A stretch of DNA of 18,516 nucleotides from positions 1 to 18,516 of the forward strand of contig JBHHXT010000092.1 of the NCBI GenBank assembly GCA_046757165.1, written 5' to 3'. The DNA comes from a bacterium. Its GTDB lineage: Bacteria > Zhuqueibacterota > Zhuqueibacteria > Oceanimicrobiales > Oceanimicrobiaceae. Each line of letters opens with the position of its first letter. The first letter of the stretch is position 1. The translations under genes and the position numbers were made by a program. Positions 6,169 to 14,791 of the stretch are shown in pieces. The notes below the pieces were generated by a model. It searched no databases. It saw only the letters and a list, made by a program, of their open reading frames with translations, and was not told the DNA's origin.

Positions 6169-9084
6169 CTATTTTAGCTTAGCTAACTTGATCGATTGCA
6201 CAAACCCCCCAGAAACCATACGGAGAATATAGATCCCGGAAGCGACATTGTGACCGGAATCGTCGTTTCCATTCCATTGAATATGATACCTTCCTGCCGG
6301 CATGCCCTTGTCTAACAAGGTTCGGACTTTTTGGCCAAGAACATTATGAATTTGTATGACGACATGGAAAAACGCGGGCAGGTCAAACCTGATGGTTGTT
6401 TCCGGATTAAACGGATTGGGATAGTTTCGAAATAGTTCAAACCGCTCCGGGAGTAGACCTGACCTCTCCGCAACACTCGTGACCAGAACTTCATCCGGGA
6501 ACCCTATGTTCTTGTCGGTGTAAAGATGGAATTCGCCTGCTTTCATAGAAATGCCAGCAAAGGACCCGGTGACGTCAAGGCTGTCGATAGAGAAATAGTC
6601 ATACCACATCCCGCCGTGCGGAAAACTCGGGGTGATGGTCTGGGGTTCGACATCAAAATTGCCGACGATCATCACATTCACGCTTGTATGTTCGAGCCGA
6701 ATGATTCGATCAGACTGATTCTGTCCCACCCGCATGAAGAGGAACGAATCGGGGCTGCGGAAAACCGCATGCTCCTGTCGCAACTTCAGCAATTCCGCGA
6801 TGAATTTGTACAACCGCCTTCTGTCTTCATTTTGGTAGTAGTCCCACAGGATGGGCTTGGGAGCTGTTCGTTGCGGCCCCCTTTCCGGCAGCTTCTGATC
6901 GTAGCCGAGCTCTCCAAACTGCCAGAGCATTTTCGGTCCCGGGAGGGTCAGGAAGAACGTGGCAACCAGTTTGATCCGCTCCAGAGCGGTGGACACCTCC
7001 TTGATGTTGTAGGAGCCGTTGGCGCTCGCTCTGCCAAACCGCAGATTCTTGTACATCAACCAGGGTTCATCGTGGCTTTCCATATATGAAATCAGATGCG
7101 GCTTCGACCACCCACGTGTCTTGTAGTATCCCCACGAGAGGTCTGATGACCGCGATCGGTCTGACAGCCAGCCCATAGCCGATTGGCTGTAGGCCACGTT
7201 CATATTTCCCCACAGCAGCATGCCGTGATTCGACAACACCTTCTCTTCTTCATTGTCCGCGAAGTGTTCGAGAATAACATAAGCCGTCGAGTCTACCTGC
7301 CAGATTCTATCCGCCATGCGTTGAAGGAGGGCAATGCGCGAGCCATCGAACGAGCTCCACAAGCCGACGTTGTTGCCGCTGTTTCTTTGCGTGAACCCTT
7401 TGGACAGGTCAAAGCGAAATCCGTCCACGTTGAATTCGGTCAGCCAATAGGCATTGACGCGGTCAACAAACGCCTGCGTGTTCAGACTTTCATGATTGAA
7501 ATCCCACCCCACGTTGAATGGATGTTTCGCCCGCACGTTGTACCATGGATTCTCAGGAGTCGGCGGTCCAAATTTGCCGGAGGCGTACAGCCGCACCAAT
7601 GAATGCTGGCCAAAGGAGTGATTCAGGACTGCATCCAGGATCACGGCGATGCCGCGCCGATGGCATTCATCGACAAAACGCTTCAAATCTTGCGCCGGGC
7701 CATAAAATTTGTCCGGAGCAAAATAGAAAGCTGGATTATATCCCCAGCTCTCATTGCCCTCGAATTCATTGACCGGCATGAGCTCAATCGCATTGATGCC
7801 CAGCCTTTCAAGATAGTCCAGCGTATCGATGAGTGTGGCGTAGTCATGAGCCGCAAGAAAATCTCTCAGCAACAGTTCATAGATAACCAGCTCTTCTTTC
7901 GCGGGTCGCTGGAAGTGGGGAATCTGCCACTGATATTGAGCGCGGTTTATTTTGAAGACCGATACATCATGGGTCGTTTTGCCGTCAGGATACGCCTTCA
8001 GACTCGGGAAAAGCGAGTCGTCGATAGCCCTGTCATCTGAGGGCGTGAGAATGAGCGTCGTGTAGGGGTCCGCGATCCTGATCTTGCCATCGACCAGATA
8101 CTGGAATGCGTACTCCGTGTCTGCATCGAGTCCGGGAATCGTCAGCCAATAGTGGACACTGTCATCTCTGATGATGTGACGGTTCATGTAAAACGAAGAA
8201 TCGACCATCCAATAGTTGAAATCACCGATCACATAAACAAACTGTTTAAAGGGCGCGAAAAGTGACAGCGTTACGCTGGAATTGTCGATGACGGTGACGC
8301 CATCCTGCGCCCCGCCGGGTCGCGGCGCCTCCCTGACCTCCGGCCTGACCAGGATGGCAAACGAGGTGGTGTCGGTCCGGCCTGCGGTGTCCTCCGCCAC
8401 GACAGCAAGGGTGCTGAACCCGGTCCCGGTCTGTGCTGCAACAAAATCATAGGTCAGGGTGTCCGAGGAGACCCGGACCGCCTCGTTGCCATCCTGAAAC
8501 AGGGCGAGTGTAGCAATTTGAGAATTGACCGTGACAGTTGTGGCAACGACTTTCACCGTATCCTGCAATTGAGCAAAAACGGGCGAGCGTCTCATGTTGC
8601 CAAAGCGGGTGTCAACCTGCGGCTCGAGGACAATCGCAGTCACGTTGGATTGAAACACCGTCAGATTCCAGTTCGCCCCGTCTGTGTTGTGTCCCCAGTG
8701 CGCCCCTGGCGACGACGGCGTGCCGCTATTGACGACATAGTGAAACGTGAAGACTGTCGTGTCGGTTGGGACCTCAATTCGCCAAACCGTGCCATCTCTC
8801 GACATCGGGGAACGGGCGGCCACGCCGTCTGCATGCAGGAAGGTTCCAGGCGGCCACAACCGGACTGGTGGGGTTTGCCAATTGCCCGTTCCGGTCTCGT
8901 TTATGCCCCAGTGCAGGACCAGGGATGAAACATGGTCCGGGATTTCATCATTCTGGGCGGGATCAAAGAAGATCGTAATCGTGTCCCCGGCCACCGGAAA
9001 GACCGGTTCCCACCAGCTGCCATTTTGGGCAAATAGAAGGCCGGGACAATACAGGAGAATAAACCAGGCTGCTCTAATTCTCAT
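6169..9084 (-). CDS. Secreted multidomain GH13 alpha-amylase-family glycosidase: signal peptide, N-terminal putative starch-binding module, Ig-like domain, CBM48-like domain, catalytic domain and C-terminal FlgD-Ig/T9SS-type sorting domain
   Basis: Signal peptide ending LFA-Q; FAPFKQFVYVIGDFNYW (CBM48-like); ESWGYNP, DAVLNH, GFRFDLSKG, ILEHF and ESHDE (catalytic triad); C-terminal NYPNPFNPETTIRFDLP...WNGNDDSG..VASGIY. Confidence 0.93.
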   Translation of the reverse strand: MRIRAAWFILLYCPGLLFAQNGSWWEPVFPVAGDTITIFFDPAQNDEIPDHVSSLVLHWGINETGTGNWQTPPVRLWPPGTFLHADGVAARSPMSRDGTVWRIEVPTDTTVFTFHYVVNSGTPSSPGAHWGHNTDGANWNLTVFQSNVTAIVLEPQVDTRFGNMRRSPVFAQLQDTVKVVATTVTVNSQIATLALFQDGNEAVRVSSDTLTYDFVAAQTGTGFSTLAVVAEDTAGRTDTTSFAILVRPEVREAPRPGGAQDGVTVIDNSSVTLSLFAPFKQFVYVIGDFNYWMVDSSFYMNRHIIRDDSVHYWLTIPGLDADTEYAFQYLVDGKIRIADPYTTLILTPSDDRAIDDSLFPSLKAYPDGKTTHDVSVFKINRAQYQWQIPHFQRPAKEELVIYELLLRDFLAAHDYATLIDTLDYLERLGINAIELMPVNEFEGNESWGYNPAFYFAPDKFYGPAQDLKRFVDECHRRGIAVILDAVLNHSFGQHSLVRLYASGKFGPPTPENPWYNVRAKHPFNVGWDFNHESLNTQAFVDRVNAYWLTEFNVDGFRFDLSKGFTQRNSGNNVGLWSSFDGSRIALLQRMADRIWQVDSTAYVILEHFADNEEEKVLSNHGMLLWGNMNVAYSQSAMGWLSDRSRSSDLSWGYYKTRGWSKPHLISYMESHDEPWLMYKNLRFGRASANGSYNIKEVSTALERIKLVATFFLTLPGPKMLWQFGELGYDQKLPERGPQRTAPKPILWDYYQNEDRRRLYKFIAELLKLRQEHAVFRSPDSFLFMRVGQNQSDRIIRLEHTSVNVMIVGNFDVEPQTITPSFPHGGMWYDYFSIDSLDVTGSFAGISMKAGEFHLYTDKNIGFPDEVLVTSVAERSGLLPERFELFRNYPNPFNPETTIRFDLPAFFHVVIQIHNVLGQKVRTLLDKGMPAGRYHIQWNGNDDSGHNVASGIYILRMVSGGFVQSIKLAKLK

Positions 9085-9087
9085 CTG

Positions 9088-10494
9088 TCATCTTCTCTTT
9101 ACGAAAACCTTATAGCCCCAGGGCGCAAGCTCGAGCACTGCTTTGCCAGCAAGGCTGACCTTCTCCCGGCTGAAGATTTCTTTGTACTCCCCTTGCTCGT
9201 CGTCCATTTCCAGGGTGATCGATTGGCGTTGGTCCGAGAGATTGAAGACAGCCAGAACCGCGTCGCCCTCTTTTCTCCGTGCAAAGGCAAACACCGACTC
9301 GTCGTTGGATGTGGCCAGCCGCTGCATCTCCCCGCCATGCTCCCCATTCCAGAGCGCCTTGTTGACCTTTTTCAGGTTGAGCAGGGTTGTGTAAAGCCGG
9401 GCGAATTCGTGCTCTCGCCAATCAATAACATCTTTTTCAAAAAAATCAAGCCGTTTGGCCAAACCGGCTTCCTGCCCGCTATAGATGAGCGGCATCCCTT
9501 TCAGGGTGGCAGACAAAACCGCAAAGGCCGCTGCGCCCTGCCCCAAACGCTCGAAGACCGTGCCGTTCCAACTGTTTTCATCGTGATTCGAGGTGAAATA
9601 CATGCGGTAGGCATCGCCGGGATAGGATTTGGCCTCTTTGCTCATGAGCGAGTCGATGGCGGTAACATCTGCCCTTCCCGCCGCGATTTCGTTCATCACA
9701 TGGTGCAGCTCCCAGCCGTAGGTCATGTCAAAACTCTTTTCATGAAATTCAGGTCCCTCTGTCTCCGCCAGCATAAATATCGGCTTGATCTTTTCCAGCT
9801 CCTGCCGTACTTCATTCCAGAAATCCATCGGCACCATGCCAGCTACATCGAAGCGATAGCCGTCGATATCAGCCTGCACGACCCAGTATTTCAGGGCGCG
9901 TATCTGGTATTGGCGCAGCTCCCGGTTGTCGTAGTTCAAATCGATAACATCCGACCAATCAGAAACCGGCGGTACAAAGTTTCCGTCTTCGTTGGTCATA
10001 TACCATTCCGGATGTTCCGTCGCAAGCGCATTGTCCCAGGCCGTGTGATTCGCCACCCAATCGAGGATGACGTACATCCCCAGCTTGTGAATACGCCGCA
10101 CCAGGCGCTCAAAGTCTGCCATCGTGCCATGTGCGTGGTTAACACCGAAATAGTCCTTCACCGAATAGTAGCTGCCCAACGTGCCTTTGCGGTTGATTTC
10201 ACCGATCGGGTGGATGGGCATGAACCAGAGAATGCCCACGCCCATTTCCTTCAACCTGGGCAGATGTTTTTCGAACTCCTGAAAGGTGCCGGCGTCCGAA
10301 TATTGCCGGAGATTCACCTCATAAATGCTCAGATTTCTGCTCCACTCTGGATGCTTGACCGTGCTTCGCTCAGCGTGGCCATTCGCTTCTGGCCTCGAAG
10401 GTTCCTGACAGGCCAAGCTCAGGAACCCAACGAGCAGAGTTGCGCCCAAAAAACGCAGGCCAAAGCTGCGCAGGTGTCTTTTGTGGTTCGACAT
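9088..10494 (-). CDS. GH13 alpha-amylase-family glycosidase, predicted lipoprotein
   Basis: IYEVNLRQ, LGSYYSVKDY, DWVANH, GYRFDVA, LAETE and SNHDE; hydrophobic stretch ending LSLA-C. The ORF extends to 10536, but the ATG at 10494 gives a normal-length signal peptide and avoids overlap. Confidence 0.92.
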   Translation of the reverse strand: MSNHKRHLRSFGLRFLGATLLVGFLSLACQEPSRPEANGHAERSTVKHPEWSRNLSIYEVNLRQYSDAGTFQEFEKHLPRLKEMGVGILWFMPIHPIGEINRKGTLGSYYSVKDYFGVNHAHGTMADFERLVRRIHKLGMYVILDWVANHTAWDNALATEHPEWYMTNEDGNFVPPVSDWSDVIDLNYDNRELRQYQIRALKYWVVQADIDGYRFDVAGMVPMDFWNEVRQELEKIKPIFMLAETEGPEFHEKSFDMTYGWELHHVMNEIAAGRADVTAIDSLMSKEAKSYPGDAYRMYFTSNHDENSWNGTVFERLGQGAAAFAVLSATLKGMPLIYSGQEAGLAKRLDFFEKDVIDWREHEFARLYTTLLNLKKVNKALWNGEHGGEMQRLATSNDESVFAFARRKEGDAVLAVFNLSDQRQSITLEMDDEQGEYKEIFSREKVSLAGKAVLELAPWGYKVFVKRR

Positions 10495-10520
10495 GGTCCA
10501 TCCCATCTGTTTTTCAGGCT

Positions 10521-12968
10521 TCATTTGAGCCGCCATATCATGCCTCCATACGGTGGAAGTGTCAAGGGCAGCAGGTCCTTGGTTATCGGCATTCTGTCGT
10601 TGCTCAGAAGGCTTTCAGCCGTGCTGAGTCCGTAAACCGCGGGAAGCGCAATCCTGAGCCTTTCAGGGGTGGCCGATTTGTTGAGCGCGACCAGGATGCG
10701 TTCGTTCGGGTCGCAGCGCAGGAACACGAAGCAGTTCGCGTCAGCATAGAGCGTTTGGAAATCGCCATACCGCAGTGCTGAATGGCGCCGCCGAACACTG
10801 ATCAGTGCGCGCACGTCGGCCAACATCCGTTTTTCACGACCGGTGAGCTGCTGGCCATAGCGCATCATGCGACGGTTGTCCGGGTCTGCGCTGCCGGTCA
10901 TGCCGATTTCATCACCATAGTAGAGGATAGGCACTCCAGGAATCGTCAGCAGATAGGTCAGATGGAGCCGGGTCTTGTCGTAGCTGGATTCGTGGTCCAC
11001 CGCAGGTGGCGTCGTCCAGCCTATTTCCTTTGCATCGCTGCTGTTCAGAGGGATGTCGCCATCGGCGTAGGCCATGTAGCGCACCTTGTCATGGCTATCC
11101 ATGATGTTTCCCATCAAATGGTCGACGCCATAGACCGAAAACGTTTTCTGCATCTCCTGTGCGAGCATGTCAAAATCGGCCCCGGGAGTCAGAAATACAT
11201 AGAGCGCCGCGTCATGCAGGTTGAAATTGAATTGTGCATCCAACTGGCCATGGTTTACGTAGGAGCTGATCAGACCATAACTGCCGAAGGTCTCCCCAAC
11301 TTGAAAGATTTTTCGATTCTGCGGTCGTTCGATTTCACGTTTGATTTTCCGGGTCAACGTCCGCCAAAAGTTGTTGGGGAGATGCTTGACGGCATCATGG
11401 CGGAAGCCATCGACATTGGTTTGCTCGAGCCACCAGACGGCATTGTCGCTCATCACCTCCAGTGCCTCTTTGGAGCCAAGGTAATCAAAGGCGGGCAAAA
11501 ACGGCTCGAACCAGGTGGTCAAACGAAACTCGTCCCACAACCGGATGTTTTTGCGTCCATCTGGCAGCTCATAAGTCCCGAACCAGTCACGGTGATTGAT
11601 GAAGAAGGGATGCTCCTGATGAACATGATGCGCGACAAAGTCAAGTAATACTTTAATGCCATGTGCGTGTGCCCGGGCGACCAGGACTCTTAGCAGCGCC
11701 ATATCGCCGAACCGTTCTTCCACCCGTTCGGGATGAGTCGGCCAGTAGCCATGATAACCCGAGTAGTATCGATGCGGCTTTGGCCATTCCCGAAAGGCTT
11801 CATTTGTGTTGTCGATCACCGGGGAGAGCCAGAGCGTATTGATCCCAAGCGAATCAAAATAGCCTGCTTCGAGCTTGTCGAGGATGCCTTGCAAATCGCC
11901 ACCAAAGTAATTGACTTTGTCCAACAAGGAGTCATGGTCTACAGGCTGGCTGTTGGTTTCATCGCCATCATGAAAACGGTCTATCATGAGCGAATAGATA
12001 ATCGCGTCATGCCAATTGGAGAATTGCGGCTCGCTGTCCATTGGGCGACCGTCGATGAGCCGGACAATTTGGAGATTACTGGCTTGCCCGTTTTGCGTCA
12101 CCGCAACGCGCACGACCTTTTCACCGGCAAGCTCGTTGCTCGCCAGGCGAACGGCGATGTCGTTGCCGTAGACAACCACATCATCCCGGGCAACTGTTTT
12201 GTTGTCAACCAACACGATGACGTTCTCTGGCCTCAGGTCTTGAAGTTGGTTCTCGTTTTGGTAGAAGAACTTCAACGTTGTCGCCTCACCGGACTGCTCG
12301 TGTGTCAGGATGTGCAGGTAAGCGCGGTTCGAGTGTCGGGGTGGGATTTGCACCATCGAGTTGAAGCCGCCAAAGCCATTGTCGACTTTTTGTGGGTTCT
12401 CCGGGTCGAACGTCTCCTTTTTGTCGATCACAAACTGGTAAAGGTAGTGTCCCGGATCCAATTCCAATTCGATTTCATAGGTGCCATCGCCGTCCGGGTC
12501 TTGCATCGGCAAGCTGTTCCGATTCCAATCGTTAAATGTTCCCATGATGTTCATGCGAAAATCCGGCTGGTGGCCTGGACGGTACCGGAACGTGTGCTTC
12601 TCTCTTATTCTGCATATGACCGGAATGGCATACACCTCTCCCCCCAGCTCGAAGGCAAGCGTCGTAAACCCTTCGAAGGAAGGGCTGGGGTGCAGAACAA
12701 GCGTGCGTGTGGCAGAATCATAGCCGATGGTGATCTGCTCATGCGGTTCAAATCGCAAGGGGTATTCGGCTGCGTAGAACAAGTCGCTGACGAGGAGGGT
12801 ATCCCTTTTGCCCGCTTGCAAAGAAATGGGATGGATCACCTCTCGAATCGAGACACGGTCTGCATTTGAGCAGCCGAATATGGGCAGAGCAACCGCAAAT
12901 ACGATTGTAACCTCGCGCATTCGTTTCATCGACCGAGCCCGGGGGCGCTGTTTGAACGGGATTCTCAC
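10521..12968 (-). CDS. GH13 glycosidase (cyclomaltodextrinase/neopullulanase-like catalytic domain) with CBM48/AMPK-type glycogen-binding domain, predicted lipoprotein
   Basis: Lipobox-like IFG-C; GTFNDWN...G.YLYQFVID...DPENP (CBM48-like); DRFHDGD, GGDLQGI, YHGYW, DFVAHH, GFRHDAVKH, VGETF, DSHD, YYGDEIG and DPDNRR. The start is either GTG at 12968 (GTGA overlap with the upstream stop) or ATG at 12929. Confidence 0.93.
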   Translation of the reverse strand: MRIPFKQRPRARSMKRMREVTIVFAVALPIFGCSNADRVSIREVIHPISLQAGKRDTLLVSDLFYAAEYPLRFEPHEQITIGYDSATRTLVLHPSPSFEGFTTLAFELGGEVYAIPVICRIREKHTFRYRPGHQPDFRMNIMGTFNDWNRNSLPMQDPDGDGTYEIELELDPGHYLYQFVIDKKETFDPENPQKVDNGFGGFNSMVQIPPRHSNRAYLHILTHEQSGEATTLKFFYQNENQLQDLRPENVIVLVDNKTVARDDVVVYGNDIAVRLASNELAGEKVVRVAVTQNGQASNLQIVRLIDGRPMDSEPQFSNWHDAIIYSLMIDRFHDGDETNSQPVDHDSLLDKVNYFGGDLQGILDKLEAGYFDSLGINTLWLSPVIDNTNEAFREWPKPHRYYSGYHGYWPTHPERVEERFGDMALLRVLVARAHAHGIKVLLDFVAHHVHQEHPFFINHRDWFGTYELPDGRKNIRLWDEFRLTTWFEPFLPAFDYLGSKEALEVMSDNAVWWLEQTNVDGFRHDAVKHLPNNFWRTLTRKIKREIERPQNRKIFQVGETFGSYGLISSYVNHGQLDAQFNFNLHDAALYVFLTPGADFDMLAQEMQKTFSVYGVDHLMGNIMDSHDKVRYMAYADGDIPLNSSDAKEIGWTTPPAVDHESSYDKTRLHLTYLLTIPGVPILYYGDEIGMTGSADPDNRRMMRYGQQLTGREKRMLADVRALISVRRRHSALRYGDFQTLYADANCFVFLRCDPNERILVALNKSATPERLRIALPAVYGLSTAESLLSNDRMPITKDLLPLTLPPYGGMIWRLK

Positions 12969-14776
12969 TCGGCTTTCACCTCCGTGGACAGATGTCGGAA
13001 CCAGTTGAAGTAAAGCCCAACGGAAAGTCCGCCCAGAATCAGTAACAACCAGCCGAATTGATCCCAGCGCTTCATGATGATGGCCATTCCCGTCAGAAAC
13101 AGGACAACCTGCCAGGGCACTGCGAGACAGGTCGAGATCTTGTCGCGCCGGTTTTCGGCGTCAATTTGGCCCAGGGAGGTTGCCGAAAGCTTTTTCTTGA
13201 TGGGACCCCAAAATCCGAACGGCCGTGTCGTCTTGTAAAACTGGAGCAAAACGGCTTCATCTGTCGGCTTTGAGGCGTAGGTCCCAATGACCGTGCCGAT
13301 GAGAGACGCCACGGTGGTGAAGATGAAGGCAAAGTACTCTGGCACATCCGGTGCAACGACTCTCTGGACGACCGCGGCCACGATGCCCGCCACGGTGCCA
13401 GCGGCAAAGCCATAGCCGTTCATGCGCCACCAGTACCAGCGCGCCAGCAGCGGAAGCAACAGACCGGCGCCGAGACTGGAGGTAATCCACCCCCAGATTT
13501 CATTGATGTTCTTGATTGCGAGCGTGAAAAGAAGCCCCAGTGCCACAAGGACGATGGATGACACCCGGCTGTGGAGCATCAACTGCTTCGTTGTGGCTTT
13601 GGGGTTGATATACGTTTGATAGATGTCTTTCACCCAATAGGCCGCGCCCGCGTTCACGGTCGAGTCGAACGTCGACATGGCGGCGGCCATCAGTCCCGCG
13701 ACCAGCAACCCTTTCACCCCCACTGGAACAAGGTTGTTGATCACGACCGGAAGCACGTTCTCCGGGTCTTGAATCACCCCCTGTTGCGCGCCCAACACAA
13801 CGCCCATTACGGCAAACGCCATGATAAAGGGCCAGCGAAATGCCAGCAAGGTGGTCCAGAACAGAGAGAGCAGACCGGATTCCCGGTCACTGCGCGAGGC
13901 AAAATAGCGCTGAATCATATATTGCATGGTTCCACCGCTGCCCTCGATGATGACCTTGATCAGGTAGAACAAAATGGCGATGCCAAAGAGGTTGTAGATC
14001 GAGTAGCTCATCTCAGGCGAAAAGTTCATCTTCCACGGCGGGACGATACTCGTCCAGGCTTCCCGGGTCGTTTCGATGGCCTGGAAGCCGCCGTCACGCA
14101 GCGGAACCGAGATCAGGAACGTTTCCGGCAGCGTAAACTGGGTGAACGCCATCACGCAGATGAAAATGATCACACCAAAGATCAGCAGTCCCTGGAAAAC
14201 GTCCGTCCACACGACCCCGTAGAGTCCGCTGGCAACCGTGTAGATCATGGCCAGCACGATCATGAGTGTCGCGGCCCAGAATTGTGAAGACAACCCCAGG
14301 AAGGAGGGAATGCCGAGAAACTCGCCGATGAATTTGCCGGACCCGATGGCAAAATAGGTGATCATCGCAATCGTGACAATGATGATCGAGCCTGCGGCTA
14401 TGATGCGAGCCACGTCTCCGTCCCTTTCTTTGCCAAAGCGAAAGTGCATCCATTCCGCCAGCGTCATCACCTGGGCGCGGCGATTCCATTTCCCTTGAAA
14501 AATCATCAGGAAAGCCATAATCAACGTCACACCGCCACGAATCTCCACGAAGAACCCGGAGGCGCCCATGGCGAAAATGAATGCCGTGTTGATCATGGTG
14601 CCGCTCACGTCCATGTTCGAGGCCATGCCCGAGGCGCCCAGAACCCACCAGGGGAGGTTTCTGTTGCCGAGGAAATAGGAATCAATGCTCCGGGAGGCAC
14701 GTCTTTGCAGGAAGAAGCCAACGGAAACCATGGAAGCTATGTAGACAAGAACGATCGTGAAATCTAAAGTTGACAT
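12965..14776 (-). CDS. Sodium:solute symporter (SSS/SLC5 family), probable sugar importer
   Basis: Many hydrophobic helices; YFLGNRNLPWW, YT..SGLYGVVWTDVFQ, QRYFA and GL.AAAMSTFDSTVN; strong SD GAGGGAGG before ATG 14776. Confidence 0.95.
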   Translation of the reverse strand: MSTLDFTIVLVYIASMVSVGFFLQRRASRSIDSYFLGNRNLPWWVLGASGMASNMDVSGTMINTAFIFAMGASGFFVEIRGGVTLIMAFLMIFQGKWNRRAQVMTLAEWMHFRFGKERDGDVARIIAAGSIIIVTIAMITYFAIGSGKFIGEFLGIPSFLGLSSQFWAATLMIVLAMIYTVASGLYGVVWTDVFQGLLIFGVIIFICVMAFTQFTLPETFLISVPLRDGGFQAIETTREAWTSIVPPWKMNFSPEMSYSIYNLFGIAILFYLIKVIIEGSGGTMQYMIQRYFASRSDRESGLLSLFWTTLLAFRWPFIMAFAVMGVVLGAQQGVIQDPENVLPVVINNLVPVGVKGLLVAGLMAAAMSTFDSTVNAGAAYWVKDIYQTYINPKATTKQLMLHSRVSSIVLVALGLLFTLAIKNINEIWGWITSSLGAGLLLPLLARWYWWRMNGYGFAAGTVAGIVAAVVQRVVAPDVPEYFAFIFTTVASLIGTVIGTYASKPTDEAVLLQFYKTTRPFGFWGPIKKKLSATSLGQIDAENRRDKISTCLAVPWQVVLFLTGMAIIMKRWDQFGWLLLILGGLSVGLYFNWFRHLSTEVKAE

Positions 14777-14791
14777 ACACCCTCCCTCATG

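Noticed and set aside
9193..12869. Long plus-strand ORFs (480, 288 and 378 aa)
   Set aside because: They lie exactly antisense to well-supported GH13 genes, have no recognisable motifs, and are explained by codon-bias shadow frames
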